From assembly GCA_043812955.1 (NCBI GenBank), contig JBDRLN010000076.1, forward strand, positions 4,864 through 68,863: a stretch of DNA of 64,000 bases, written 5' to 3'. The DNA comes from Candidatus Omnitrophota bacterium (GTDB lineage: Bacteria; Omnitrophota; Gorgyraeia; Gygaellales; Profunditerraquicolaceae). Of this stretch, positions 1-10,019 are shown piece after piece; position 1 is the stretch's first letter; each line of letters begins with the position of its first letter. A program made the position numbers and the translations under genes. A model generated the notes under the pieces. The model did no database searches. It worked only from the letters and a program-made list of their open reading frames with translations, and was not told where the DNA came from.

Positions 1-561
1 TGCGGAACTTATCCGGGAATCAAAAACCACCTGGATTGAATCGATTATTACCAGATCCGGTTTGAGTTTCTGGATATACTCGATAATTAAGGAAAGATCG
101 GTCTGATTAACAATATATAAAACCTCATCCTTTAATCCCGCTCCCAAACGCTTAGCCCTTAACTTAATCTGGGCAACTGATTCCTCGCCGCTGATGTAAA
201 GCACTGTTCGGCCTTGTTGGGCGACGTGATTAGAGATCTGCAACGAAATAGTAGACTTGCCTATTCCCGGGTCTCCCCCGATCAAAACCACAGAACCTGA
301 GACTATCCCTCCCCCCAATACCCGGTCAAATTCTTTGATCTCAGTCTTAATCCGAAAAGAATCTTTAATCACTACATCTTTAAGTAAAACCGGTTCGTCC
401 TTATAAAAACTGGTTCTCTCTTTGCTTTTAATCGAAGCGTTGGAATAATCCTCTTCCACAAAAGAATTCCAGCTGCCGCAATCCGGGCATTTGCCCAGCC
501 ACTTTGGCGACTGATAAGAACAACCCTGACAGCTAAATATAGTCCTGGTCCGAGTAGCCAT
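1..561 (-). CDS. radA: DNA repair protein RadA/Sms, N-terminal part (runs off window start)
   Basis: Hand translation from ATG at 561: MATRTRTIFSCQGC...KWLGKCPDCGSWNSF zinc finger, Walker A GGDPGIGKST, Walker B VIIDSIQ; start overlaps the mlaD stop (TAATG). Confidence 0.93.
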   Translation of the reverse strand, partial: MATRTRTIFSCQGCSYQSPKWLGKCPDCGSWNSFVEEDYSNASIKSKERTSFYKDEPVLLKDVVIKDSFRIKTEIKEFDRVLGGGIVSGSVVLIGGDPGIGKSTISLQISNHVAQQGRTVLYISGEESVAQIKLRAKRLGAGLKDEVLYIVNQTDLSLIIEYIQKLKPDLVIIDSIQVVFDSRISSA

Positions 562-1226
562 TATTTATTTTTTTTGTTCTCCTTGCCTTTCCAAAAAAGT
601 TTCCAGGGATGAGCTTTAATATCACTGACTAAGGCCTCCAGGTCAGCATAGATCTTATCACCGTAAATAAGCTTGCCTAAAGAGCCCTCCTGAAGCTTTA
701 TCTTCTCTAATCCTTCATCGATATGCTTGCTTAAACCCTTTATAGAAACCAGGGTGTCATCTAATTTTATTACTACCGATTTGGTGAGCTCGCCAACCTC
801 CTGCATAGCCATCGGATCATTACCGATCAATTCGCCGTCATAGGGAACAAAATTAACCAGGTCTTTACCCGGCATAATCTCAATATACTTCTCTCCTAAA
901 AGCCCCAAGGTATTTACCCAGACCGCGGAATCAGCCGGTATCTTAACATCCTGCTTGACCCAACCGACCAGCCGAACCAAAGCATTCTTACCTTCGCCGG
1001 CAGGTACCAGATTTACCTCGCGGATATCGCCGATATCCACACCAGCAAACCTTACCGGAGCTCCAATCTTGACCCCGTTAATAAAACTAAAGGAAAAATT
1101 AATCTTATAAGTAGAGAAGACATTCTTAAAATCACCGATAAACAATACAAACATAACCAGGATAACTATGCCTATAAAAACAAAGATACCGACTTTTAGC
1201 TCTAATTTGCTTTTACCGAATGTCAT
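561..1226 (-). CDS. mlaD: MCE/MlaD family lipid ABC transporter periplasmic subunit
   Basis: N-terminal TM helix, GVKIGAPVRFAGVDIG and GLLGEKYIEIMPG MCE motifs; next to mlaF/mlaE. Confidence 0.88.
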   Translation of the reverse strand: MTFGKSKLELKVGIFVFIGIVILVMFVLFIGDFKNVFSTYKINFSFSFINGVKIGAPVRFAGVDIGDIREVNLVPAGEGKNALVRLVGWVKQDVKIPADSAVWVNTLGLLGEKYIEIMPGKDLVNFVPYDGELIGNDPMAMQEVGELTKSVVIKLDDTLVSIKGLSKHIDEGLEKIKLQEGSLGKLIYGDKIYADLEALVSDIKAHPWKLFWKGKENKKNK

Positions 1227-1252
1227 AATCTACCTCCATTATTATCATAGAT

Positions 1253-2005
1253 TTATTCCTCTGTAATCGGGCCTTTAGCTAAACCATTAATGAACTGGTG
1301 GACAAAAGGATCCCGGGAATTCTGGATTTCTTTAGAGCTACCTTCAGCGATAATATTACCTTTATACAGCATCGCTATACGGTTGCCTATCTTATAAGCG
1401 CTCCGCATATCATGGGTCACCACGATCGAAGTTACTTTTAATTTTGCCTGAAGGCTTAAGATCAATTCGTTAATAATATCCGCAGTGATCGGATCAACTC
1501 CGGTTGTCGGCTCGTCATAAAGGATAATTTCCGGATGCATGCAGATTGCCCTGGCTAAGGCAACGCGCTTACGCATCCCTCCGCTAAGCTCCGCAGGCAT
1601 AAGTTTGGCTATGCCGGAAAGGTCAACTAAGTATAACGCCTCCTCAATGTTTTTTTGCAATTCTTTACCGCTAGCTAAACCATGTTCGATCAGCTCAAAA
1701 CCGACATTCTCGCCCACAGTCAAGGAATCAAATAAAGCCCCGCCCTGAAAAACCATATTCATCTTAAATATTATTTTATTAAAGTCGCCCCGGGACATCC
1801 CCCAGATATCCTGACCGTTGACCAGGACCTTTCCGCTGTTAGGCCTTAATACCCCGATAATATGTTTTAATAAGACGCTCTTGCCGCAACCGGAACGGCC
1901 GATAACCACAACGGTCGTTCCTTTTTCTATACTCAGGTTCAAATCATCTAAAACCTTATGGTTATTAAATGATTTATTTAGGTTTTTTAATTCTATGATC
2001 GCCAT
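1253..2005 (-). CDS. mlaF: MlaF-type ABC ATPase
   Basis: GRSGCGKS, LSGGMRKRVALARA, LYDEPTTGVDP. Confidence 0.9.
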   Translation of the reverse strand: MAIIELKNLNKSFNNHKVLDDLNLSIEKGTTVVVIGRSGCGKSVLLKHIIGVLRPNSGKVLVNGQDIWGMSRGDFNKIIFKMNMVFQGGALFDSLTVGENVGFELIEHGLASGKELQKNIEEALYLVDLSGIAKLMPAELSGGMRKRVALARAICMHPEIILYDEPTTGVDPITADIINELILSLQAKLKVTSIVVTHDMRSAYKIGNRIAMLYKGNIIAEGSSKEIQNSRDPFVHQFINGLAKGPITEE

Positions 2006-2017
2006 AATTTTTTATAT

Positions 2018-2128
2018 GATTTCACAGATTTGCAAACTGATTACGCGGATTATTCTTTTTTTATTTATCTGCGCAATCCGCTCTTTCCCGCTAGATAAAA
2101 GATTGTTGAACGGAATAATCAGTGTAAT
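2018..2128. repeat. Degenerate GATTACRCRGAT / ATCYGYGYAATC repeat cluster
   Basis: GATTTCACAGAT 2018, GATTACGCGGAT 2039, inverted ATCTGCGCAATC 2067, ATCAGTGTAAT 2118; same family at 48202-48257. Confidence 0.55.
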
Positions 2129-2150
2129 AATAATTTTATTAAATCCTATT

Positions 2151-2939
2151 CTAAGGAAAAATAAAATAAAATAAAGCCGTAAATAAACAATCGAAGGCAA
2201 TGATCAGGATAAAAGAAACCACTACCGACTTAGTAGTTGCTTTGCCAACGCCTTCTGCCCCGCCTTCTACGTTAAACCCCTGATAACAACTTGTTAAAGC
2301 GATAAGCATACCGAAAACAACTGTTTTAGACAGGCCCGTAAAAAGGTCTTTGAATGTCAGGGCTTCGGAGGCAATATTCCAGTACATGTTTGAAGTTACC
2401 CCTAATTTAAACACACAGATCATCCAACCTCCCAATATTCCGACAATATCGGCATACAAGGTTAAAACCGGAAGCATCAGGCTTAAAGCGATAAATCGCG
2501 GCACTACCAGGTATTTTATCGGGCTGGTAGCTAAAGTTGACAAGGCATCCACTTGTTCAGTCACCTGCATTGAGCCTATTTCCGCGGTAATAGCCGCACC
2601 TACCCTTCCGGCAACTACCAGTGAAGTTATAACCGGTCCTAACTCCCTGACTATTGATAAAGCAACAATGCTGGCGATATACATCTCCGAGCCTAAACGG
2701 GTCATCAGGTAAGAAACTTGAAAAGCAAAAATCACACCGATAAAAAAAGAAATCAGCGTAACAATCGGCAGGCTGTCCACGCCGGCTTTTTTAGCCTGTT
2801 CAAATATACGCTCACGTTTAAAGGGCGGCTTGAGGAGTTGATAAAAAGTCTGCAGAAACAGATAAGTCAAGCCTCCTAAAAAATAAATAAGTGAGATAAG
2901 CTTACTCCCCAGAATATGAAAGGTATATTTTAATTTCAT
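2151..2939 (-). CDS. mlaE: MlaE-type ABC permease
   Basis: RELGPVITSLVVAGRVGAAITAEIGSMQVTEQVDAL, GGAEGVGKATT. Confidence 0.92.
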   Translation of the reverse strand: MKLKYTFHILGSKLISLIYFLGGLTYLFLQTFYQLLKPPFKRERIFEQAKKAGVDSLPIVTLISFFIGVIFAFQVSYLMTRLGSEMYIASIVALSIVRELGPVITSLVVAGRVGAAITAEIGSMQVTEQVDALSTLATSPIKYLVVPRFIALSLMLPVLTLYADIVGILGGWMICVFKLGVTSNMYWNIASEALTFKDLFTGLSKTVVFGMLIALTSCYQGFNVEGGAEGVGKATTKSVVVSFILIIAFDCLFTALFYFIFP

Positions 2940-5380
2940 CAGACTGTCTCTGCTGGCTGCGCGCCTTCTTCAAAAACCAATTCAGTATTACGACGCTCTA
3001 CCCTGATTATCGAACCCTCTTTAAATTTCTTAGAAATGATATCCGAAGATAAAGAATCTTCTAAGAACCTCTGGATAGTCCTTTTTAAAGGCCTGGCCCC
3101 GAACACCTGGTCAAAACCTTTTTCAATCAGGAAATCCTTAGCCTCCGCGCTGACCTCTAAAGAGAGTTTATGTTCTTTTAACCTGCCTGCTAAAAATCCT
3201 ATCTCAATATCAATGATCTTCTGCAAATCTTCCTTAACCAACGGCCGGAAAACTATAATGTCATCAATACGGTTTAAGAACTCCGGTTTAAAAGTATGTT
3301 TAACCTCTTCTAGGAGTTTATCCTTCATCCCCTGGTAGGTTACTTCATCTTTCTGGCTCTTAAAACCGATTGAACCGGATTTACGGATAAGCTCCGCCCC
3401 CACATTAGAGGTCATAATCACGATACTATTTTTAAAATCAACTTTGCGGGCAAAACTATCGGTAAGCCGGCCTTCTTCAAAAACCTGAAGCAGAAGGTTA
3501 AACACATCCGGGTGGGCTTTTTCAATCTCATCCAGAAGTATTACCGAATACGGCCTGCGCCTTACTCTTTCAGTAAGCTGGCCGCCTTCTTCGTAGCCGA
3601 CATATCCCGGAGGAGCGCCGATCAGACGCGAGACATTGAATTTCTCCATATACTCAGACATATCCAGCTGGATAAGCGAGTCTTCATCCCCAAACATAAA
3701 TTCAGCCAAGGCCCGGGCTAAAAGAGTTTTGCCTACGCCGGTCGGCCCTAAAAATATAAATGAACCGATCGGCCTTTTAGGATCTTTTATCCCAGCTCGG
3801 GACCTGCGCACCGCATGGGCAATCGCGGATATCGCCTCTTCCTGCCCAATAACTCTCCTGTGTAATCCTTCTTCGATCTTTAATAATTTTTCGCCTTCTT
3901 TCTCCTCTAGCCTGAAAATAGGAATACCGGTCCACTGAGCAACAATTTTGGCGATCTCCTCTTCGCCGACTTCCGGCCTCATCTTGTCTTTAGCCTGGGA
4001 CCACTCCCGGTTAAACTGCTCCAAGTCCTGACCTACCTGCCACTCCTGGTCCCTTAAGGCCGCTGCTTTTTCAAAATCCTGAGATTTAATAAAAGACTCT
4101 TTTTCTTTGCGGATCGTTTCTACTTTCTCTTCCAGCTTTTTTATTTCCGGAGGCACCACCAGGACATTTAACCGGGCCCGGGAACCTGCCTCGTCCATCA
4201 GATCAATAGCCTTATCCGGCATAAACCTTCCGGAAATATAACGGTCGGATAATTTAGCCGCAGCCTCTAAACCCTGGTCAGTAAACACTACCCGGTGATG
4301 GGCTTCATACTTATCCCTCAGGCCTTTAAGAATCTCTATAGTCTGATCTACTGCCGGAGGCTCAACCATAATAGTCTGAAATCTTCTCTCTAATGCCGCG
4401 TCTTTTTCAATGTATTTGCGGTATTCATCCAGGGTGGTGGCGCCGATGCATTGCATCTCTCCCCGGGAGAGCGCGGGCTTTAAAATATTCGAAGCGTCAA
4501 TCGCCCCTTCAGCCGCGCCTGCGCCGACTAAAGTATGAAGTTCATCGATAAAAATGATTACGTCCTGCGACCGCTTTATCTCCTCCATTACCGCCTTAAT
4601 CCTTTCTTCAAACTGACCGCGGTATTTTGTCCCGGCAACCATCAAAGCTAGATCTAAAACTATTAAACGTTTATGCCGTAATACTTCTGGGACATTCCCC
4701 AGGATAATACCCTGAGCCAGGCCTTCGACAATAGCAGTCTTGCCCACACCTGCCTCGCCTAATAAAACCGGGTTATTCTTAGTCCTGCGGCTTAAGATCT
4801 GAATTACCCTTTCAATCTCATTGCGCCGGTTGATCACCGGATCAAGTTTACCATCCTTAGCTAAAACAGTTAAATCCCGGCCAAAGGCGTCCAATGCCGG
4901 GGTCTTAGTCTTAGACTGATTCTGGGTAGCGCCGGGTAATGCCGAACCTAAGACTTCCATTACTTTATTCCTGACGGTATTTAAATCCATCCCTAAATTC
5001 AACATTACCTGGGAAGCTACGCCTTCTTCTTCCCGAATCAAACCTAATAATAAATGCTCGGTACCGATATAGTTATGCCCTAAAGCCCTGGCTTCTTCAG
5101 CTGCCAGTTCCAAAGATTTTTTAGCCCGAGGAGTAAAAGGGATGTCGCCAATAATCTGGGTAGTTGGCCCGGGCTGGACTAACTTCTCAATCTCTAAACG
5201 GATATTCTCCAAAGATATTCCTAGTTTTTCCAATACAGTAGCCGCTACTCCTTCTCCTTCCCGGATCAGGCCTAAAAAGATATGTTCAGTTCCGATATAA
5301 TCATGATTAAAACGCCTGGCTTCTTCTTTGGCCAATATAATTACCTTTCTCGCCCTTTCAGTAAAACGATTGAACATCAC
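2939..5380 (-). CDS. clpC: ATP-dependent Clp protease ATPase ClpC
   Basis: Two Clp_N repeats, GEAGVGKT and GPTGVGKT Walker A motifs, [13 protein letters not shown]; follows mcsA-mcsB. Confidence 0.96.
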   Translation of the reverse strand: MMFNRFTERARKVIILAKEEARRFNHDYIGTEHIFLGLIREGEGVAATVLEKLGISLENIRLEIEKLVQPGPTTQIIGDIPFTPRAKKSLELAAEEARALGHNYIGTEHLLLGLIREEEGVASQVMLNLGMDLNTVRNKVMEVLGSALPGATQNQSKTKTPALDAFGRDLTVLAKDGKLDPVINRRNEIERVIQILSRRTKNNPVLLGEAGVGKTAIVEGLAQGIILGNVPEVLRHKRLIVLDLALMVAGTKYRGQFEERIKAVMEEIKRSQDVIIFIDELHTLVGAGAAEGAIDASNILKPALSRGEMQCIGATTLDEYRKYIEKDAALERRFQTIMVEPPAVDQTIEILKGLRDKYEAHHRVVFTDQGLEAAAKLSDRYISGRFMPDKAIDLMDEAGSRARLNVLVVPPEIKKLEEKVETIRKEKESFIKSQDFEKAAALRDQEWQVGQDLEQFNREWSQAKDKMRPEVGEEEIAKIVAQWTGIPIFRLEEKEGEKLLKIEEGLHRRVIGQEEAISAIAHAVRRSRAGIKDPKRPIGSFIFLGPTGVGKTLLARALAEFMFGDEDSLIQLDMSEYMEKFNVSRLIGAPPGYVGYEEGGQLTERVRRRPYSVILLDEIEKAHPDVFNLLLQVFEEGRLTDSFARKVDFKNSIVIMTSNVGAELIRKSGSIGFKSQKDEVTYQGMKDKLLEEVKHTFKPEFLNRIDDIIVFRPLVKEDLQKIIDIEIGFLAGRLKEHKLSLEVSAEAKDFLIEKGFDQVFGARPLKRTIQRFLEDSLSSDIISKKFKEGSIIRVERRNTELVFEEGAQPAETV

Positions 5381-5397
5381 TTCCTCCCTGTATAATG

Positions 5398-5439
5398 TCC
5401 ACCCCGTAGGTGTATGACACCTACGGGGTGGAAATGGTT
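5398..5439. repeat. REP-like palindrome family A, copy 1
   Basis: TCCACCCCGTAGGTGT-atg-ACACCTACGGGGTGGA (perfect 16-bp stem) followed by AATGGTT. Confidence 0.9.
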
Positions 5440-6487
5440 ATTTTTGCAACCTCTGCCTGATAATCTCAGCCCTTTTGATATCCCTTTCCTGGGCTGTAAG
5501 TTTCTTATTCTCTATTTTTTGTAAATGCGCCGGCTGGATCACGATAAATAATTCATTTACCTGCCTACGGTCCAGGTCTTTAATAATCCCTAAATCGCAT
5601 CCCAGCCTGAGCATGGATAATAATTCAATGGTCTCCTGACTGGAAATAATATAAGCGCTTTTTAAAATACCAAAACTGCGGTTTATCTTATCTTCTAACA
5701 TCGCCCGGTTACGGGCTAGCAGCGCTTCCCGGGCCTGATTTTCCTGCTCAATTATCTGGCGGATCAAGCCATTTATATTTTCAATAATATCGGTCTCACT
5801 GTGGCCCAAAGAAACCTGATTGGAAACCTGAAAAAGATTTCCGCTGGCCTGGGTCCCTTCGCCGTAAAGGCCGCGGGTAGTAAACTGTAGTTTTGAGATC
5901 GCGGCCAGCACCTGATTGATCTGGTTAATCATTACCAGCGCCGGCAGGTGCAGCATTACTGAACCCCGCATGCCGGTCCCGGTATTAGTCGGGCAGGCAG
6001 TTAAATAACCCCAGTCCGGCAAAAAAGCGAAAGGCAATTCCTTGGCCAGAAAATCATCGATGGTACTAATAATGTTCCAGGCTTCAAAAAGATTAAAACC
6101 TGACTGCATTACCTGGGTCCGTAAATGATCCTCTTCATTAACCATTATTGAGATTATCTCTTCATCGTCTATAATAACCGCCTTGGAATCGCTCTTCTGG
6201 GCATGCTCATAGGACATCAAATGCCTTTCAATCAAGAATTGTTTATCCAGATTATCCAAGTCAGCCAGCCGAAAGACTGTTACCTTCTTTAATAGATCAA
6301 TCCTGGAGACCGTTTCTTCAACCGCGTCTAAGACATCCTTAGTCTGCTTTTTACTCGCCCAATGCGGGAAGGCGAGTTTATCCAGATTACGGGCTAAGCG
6401 GATACGGCTGGATAAAACAATATCCGAATTAGGCCCAGAGCCTTTTAACCACTCGCTGCCATGATTAACTAAGTCGTTTAAATTCAT
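5438..6487 (-). CDS. mcsB: Protein arginine kinase McsB
   Basis: SSRIRLARN, NEEDHLR, LTACPTNTGTGMR phosphagen-kinase motifs. Confidence 0.95.
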   Translation of the reverse strand: MNLNDLVNHGSEWLKGSGPNSDIVLSSRIRLARNLDKLAFPHWASKKQTKDVLDAVEETVSRIDLLKKVTVFRLADLDNLDKQFLIERHLMSYEHAQKSDSKAVIIDDEEIISIMVNEEDHLRTQVMQSGFNLFEAWNIISTIDDFLAKELPFAFLPDWGYLTACPTNTGTGMRGSVMLHLPALVMINQINQVLAAISKLQFTTRGLYGEGTQASGNLFQVSNQVSLGHSETDIIENINGLIRQIIEQENQAREALLARNRAMLEDKINRSFGILKSAYIISSQETIELLSMLRLGCDLGIIKDLDRRQVNELFIVIQPAHLQKIENKKLTAQERDIKRAEIIRQRLQK

Positions 6488-6513
6488 AATTAGGCTTTAC
6501 TTTATTTATTAGT

Positions 6514-7020
6514 TTACGGGCCTGTTTTAGGCTTGGTTTCTAATTCTTTGATCTGATCCCTGAGCAAAGCAGCCTCTTCGAATTGTTCAGCCTCAATTGC
6601 CTCCTGTAATTTATTCCGTAAATCCTCAAGCCCTATCCTCTCCTTTAAATCCCCGGTGATCTTAGAGGGAGATTTTCCGATATGTTTATTGGCGCCATGG
6701 ATCCTTTTAAGTAAAGGCCCCAGGTAACGCCGGAATGAGGTATAACATTCGCTGCAGCCCAGCCTGCCGATTTTCTTAAAATCCTTAAACGCCAGTCCGC
6801 AATTAGGGCATTTCATATTCAGGGTATTTTTGTCCTCACCCTGGGGCTTGCCGAATTCAGCTAAACCCGCCATAAGGTCAGCCAGACCAAACTGCTGGTC
6901 CATCTGAGCGCTCTTCTGCCGGGCGCATTCTTCGCAAAGATGCAATTCCTTCATGGAATCATCAATTATCTCGGTCAGGTGGACCGTAGCCTGATTTTTA
7001 GCGCAAACATCACAGATCAT
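6514..7020 (-). CDS. mcsA: McsA (CxxC zinc motifs plus UVR domain)
   Basis: Four CxxC pairs, EQFEEAALLRDQI UVR motif; between ilvE and mcsB. Confidence 0.92.
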   Translation of the reverse strand: MICDVCAKNQATVHLTEIIDDSMKELHLCEECARQKSAQMDQQFGLADLMAGLAEFGKPQGEDKNTLNMKCPNCGLAFKDFKKIGRLGCSECYTSFRRYLGPLLKRIHGANKHIGKSPSKITGDLKERIGLEDLRNKLQEAIEAEQFEEAALLRDQIKELETKPKTGP

Positions 7021-7021
7021 A

Positions 7022-7891
7022 TTAATATTTTACTCCGTCGGTTTTTGTCAGCTGATGGAATTTTTTGATCAGATTCAAAGTTTTCGGCCCGGGCTTACCC
7101 GATCCAATGACCCTGCCGTCCACCTTAACCACTGAAATAACTTCAGCTCCGGTGCCAGTTAAAAAACACTCATCAGCCACATACAGCTCATGTAGTGTAA
7201 ATGGATCTTCTCTGGCCGGAAGCTTGATCTTTTTGGCTATCTCTAAGATAGCGTCTCGGGTAATCCCGCGTAAAGCGCCCATAGTCTCCGGAGGAGTAAA
7301 AAGTGCTCCTTTACGGACAATAAAGATATTATCGCCGGTGCACTCAGCCACATAACCCTGGTCATTTAACATAAGCGCTTCAGCATATCCGGAATTACCA
7401 GCCTCAATCTTACCCAAGATATTATTCAAATAATTCAAAGACTTGATCTGGGGATTTACAGCCTGGTGGGAACTGCGGGTAGTAGAAACAGTAATAATCG
7501 CCATTCCTTCTTTATACATTTTTTCAGGATAAAGCGCAATCTTATCAGTTATAATAATAACTGTGGCCCCCTTAAGGCATTTGCGCGGATCTAGCCCCAA
7601 GTCCCCTTCGCCGCGGGTAATGATCAGGCGGATATAGCCGTCTTTAAGATTATTTTTTTTAAGGGTATCGACTACTGCCTTAATCATGGCTGGTTTAGTT
7701 AAAGGAATTTTCAGCATTATTGAATGGGCTGATTCGTATAAACGGTCGATATGTTCCTTTAATCTGAAAACCAGGCTGTTATAAGAACGGATACCCTCAA
7801 ACACCCCGTCTCCGTAAAGCAGGCCATGGTCAAACACTGATATCTTAGCGTCTTCTTTTTCATAAAATTTTCCGTTGATATAAATCTTCAT
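7022..7891 (-). CDS. ilvE: Branched-chain amino acid aminotransferase (class IV PLP)
   Basis: GLLYGDGVFEGIR, IKSLNYLNN, LRGITR, FLTGTGAE; ATG at 7891 with AGGAGG RBS preferred over the TTG at 7912. Confidence 0.92.
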   Translation of the reverse strand: MKIYINGKFYEKEDAKISVFDHGLLYGDGVFEGIRSYNSLVFRLKEHIDRLYESAHSIMLKIPLTKPAMIKAVVDTLKKNNLKDGYIRLIITRGEGDLGLDPRKCLKGATVIIITDKIALYPEKMYKEGMAIITVSTTRSSHQAVNPQIKSLNYLNNILGKIEAGNSGYAEALMLNDQGYVAECTGDNIFIVRKGALFTPPETMGALRGITRDAILEIAKKIKLPAREDPFTLHELYVADECFLTGTGAEVISVVKVDGRVIGSGKPGPKTLNLIKKFHQLTKTDGVKY

Positions 7892-7914
7892 CTTTAGCCT
7901 CCTTGAGCCCAAAT

Positions 7915-7963
7915 ATGCGTCGCAAGACGCATCTGGCGAAATCCCGCCCTTTTGGCGTGATTT
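7915..7963. repeat. Two adjacent hairpins in the lolD-ilvE spacer
   Basis: ATGCGTC-gcaa-GACGCAT (7915-7932) and AAATCCCGCC-ctttt-GGCGTGATTT (7939-7963). Confidence 0.6.
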
Positions 7964-7992
7964 ATAAAAATAATTCCAAAAGTGCGGGACTT

Positions 7993-8670
7993 TTAATTAA
8001 ATAATAAGCCGTCTTTTAATTTATAAACCTTATCCGATAGATTGGCTAATTCCAGATTATGAGTTACCAGGGCTACGGCCATCTTTCCTTCTTTATTTAT
8101 CCGGCGGATCAGAGAGATTATTTCACCTCCGCTTTTAGAATCCAGGTTTCCGGTAGGTTCATCGCAAAATAATATCTTAGGCCTATTAATCAAGGCCCGG
8201 CAGATCGCCACTCTCTGCTGTTCGCCTCCGGAAAGTTCAGACGGAAAATGCCCAATCCTTTCGCTTAAAGCTGCCTTATCCAGCAATTCCAAGGCCTTTC
8301 CTTTTATCCCTTGCCCCTTATCATTTAACTCTGATTTTATCAGCGCCGGCAGCATCACATTTTCTAAAACTGTGAATTCCGGCAGAAGATGATAAAACTG
8401 AAATACAAAACCAATGTCCTGGTTACGCATCCGGCAAAGAAGATTGTCGCTTAACTTATAGATATCCTCTCCTTTGAATACCACGCTGCCCTGGGTAGGT
8501 TCATCTAAACCTCCAAGGATATGCAAAAGCGTTGATTTACCCGCTCCCGAAGGCCCGATAATAGCGGCAAATTCACCCTCTTTAATAATTAAATCCAATC
8601 CTTTTAATACCTGGATCTGTTTATTATTAGAGCTGTTATAAACCTTATGTATATTCTTAACTGACAACAT
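7993..8670 (-). CDS. lolD: LolD-like ABC ATPase
   Basis: GPSGAGKST, IGFVFQFYHLLPEF, LSGGEQQRVA, DEPTGNLD; follows lolC/E. Confidence 0.88.
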   Translation of the reverse strand: MLSVKNIHKVYNSSNNKQIQVLKGLDLIIKEGEFAAIIGPSGAGKSTLLHILGGLDEPTQGSVVFKGEDIYKLSDNLLCRMRNQDIGFVFQFYHLLPEFTVLENVMLPALIKSELNDKGQGIKGKALELLDKAALSERIGHFPSELSGGEQQRVAICRALINRPKILFCDEPTGNLDSKSGGEIISLIRRINKEGKMAVALVTHNLELANLSDKVYKLKDGLLFN

Positions 8671-8775
8671 ATTCTAACCTCTATAGATATTTCAAAGCGA
8701 AAAGTTTTCCTGCGCAATAATATAATTTCTTAAGCGCTATCCCGCTTTATAACTTAATTACCGGACGGGAAAAAC

Positions 8776-8824
8776 TTTTAGTTTTGCGCTTTGCGCTTTT
8801 AGTTTTACGCTTTTAGTTTTACGC
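8776..8824. repeat. Tandem heptamer array (7 units of TTTTAGT / TTTRCGC)
   Basis: ttttagt tttgcgc tttgcgc ttttagt tttacgc ttttagt tttacgc. Confidence 0.8.
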
Positions 8825-8825
8825 T

Positions 8826-10019
8826 TTATTCGTATCTTAAGGCCTCAACCGGTTTTAATTTACTGGCCTTGATTGCCGGATAAATAGTCGAGGCCAGGGT
8901 AATGGCTAAAGCCGCCAAAACAACTAAGCACAGGTCAGGCCAAACCTCCAAGACCACCGGAATCCTATCCACATAATAAATATCCTGGGGTAATTTTACA
9001 AACTGGTACTTTTTAAAAAGCAGGCATAAAACCACGCCGCCTACCACCCCGGTAAATATCCCTAGGCCTCCTATGCTTAAACCGACAAAGGTAAAAATAT
9101 TCCTGATGCCTTTAGAACTTATCCCGATAGCTTTTAATATCCCGATATCTTTAGTCTTCTCTACTACCATAACCATCAGGGTAGAGATAATATTAAAAGA
9201 GGCCACTAGAATTATTAGAGTCAGAATAATAAACATGGTGATCTTCTCCAGCTTCAAGGCCGCGAAAAAATTCTGATTAGTTTCCATCCAGGTCTTGACG
9301 CCATATTCATAACCTAGCGCTTTATAAATTTCTTTCTGGACTTTTTTTGCCGAATAAAGATTATTTAATTTTACCGCAATTGAGCTTACCTGATTATTTA
9401 TACCCAATATCTCTTGTGCTGATTTTAAATTTACAAAGATCAGATTTAGATCATAATCATACATCCCGGAATTAAAAATACCGGCTACTTTCAAGGAATA
9501 TTTTTCCCCGGCCAGCGGAGAATAAATATTAAGCTCGGAATTTAAATCCAGACCCAGGTAAGCAGCCAGCTCCTTACCGATAACAACTGAACCTTTAGTT
9601 AAATTCTTAAGATCACCTTTCACTAGGTAATTCTTAATCCTGGTTACCTGGATCTCCTTATCCGGCTCTATGCCTCTTAGGCCTATAGCAAAAAATTTAT
9701 CCCCTTCCTTAACTACTACCTGGCCCTGGATGTTAGGGCTTATCCCTTTAACCTCAGGGATGCGGGAGGTTTTTCCGGCGATATCAAGGTATTCGCTGTA
9801 ATCAATACCTTTATAACTGGAGATAGTGATATGGGCATAATTGCCAATTATTTTATCCCGGAGCTCCTGGTCAAACCCGGTCATTACCGCTATAACCACG
9901 ATCAGGGCCATTACTCCGATAGCCACGCCTAAAATCGAGATAAGACTGATCAAAGAGATGAATTTCTCTTTGCGCTTAGTCATCAAATACCTCAGGCCGA
10001 TAAAAAATTCTAATTTCAT
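8826..10019 (-). CDS. lolE: Lipoprotein-releasing ABC permease LolC/E
   Basis: ISILGVAIGVMALIVVIAVMTGF, VVEKTKDIGILKAIG, KPVEALRYE. Confidence 0.85.
   Translation of the reverse strand: MKLEFFIGLRYLMTKRKEKFISLISLISILGVAIGVMALIVVIAVMTGFDQELRDKIIGNYAHITISSYKGIDYSEYLDIAGKTSRIPEVKGISPNIQGQVVVKEGDKFFAIGLRGIEPDKEIQVTRIKNYLVKGDLKNLTKGSVVIGKELAAYLGLDLNSELNIYSPLAGEKYSLKVAGIFNSGMYDYDLNLIFVNLKSAQEILGINNQVSSIAVKLNNLYSAKKVQKEIYKALGYEYGVKTWMETNQNFFAALKLEKITMFIILTLIILVASFNIISTLMVMVVEKTKDIGILKAIGISSKGIRNIFTFVGLSIGGLGIFTGVVGGVVLCLLFKKYQFVKLPQDIYYVDRIPVVLEVWPDLCLVVLAALAITLASTIYPAIKASKLKPVEALRYE

Noticed and set aside
2012-2200. 62-aa minus-strand ORF between mlaE and mlaF
   Set aside because: Overlaps mlaE out of frame and translates a repeat-containing spacer
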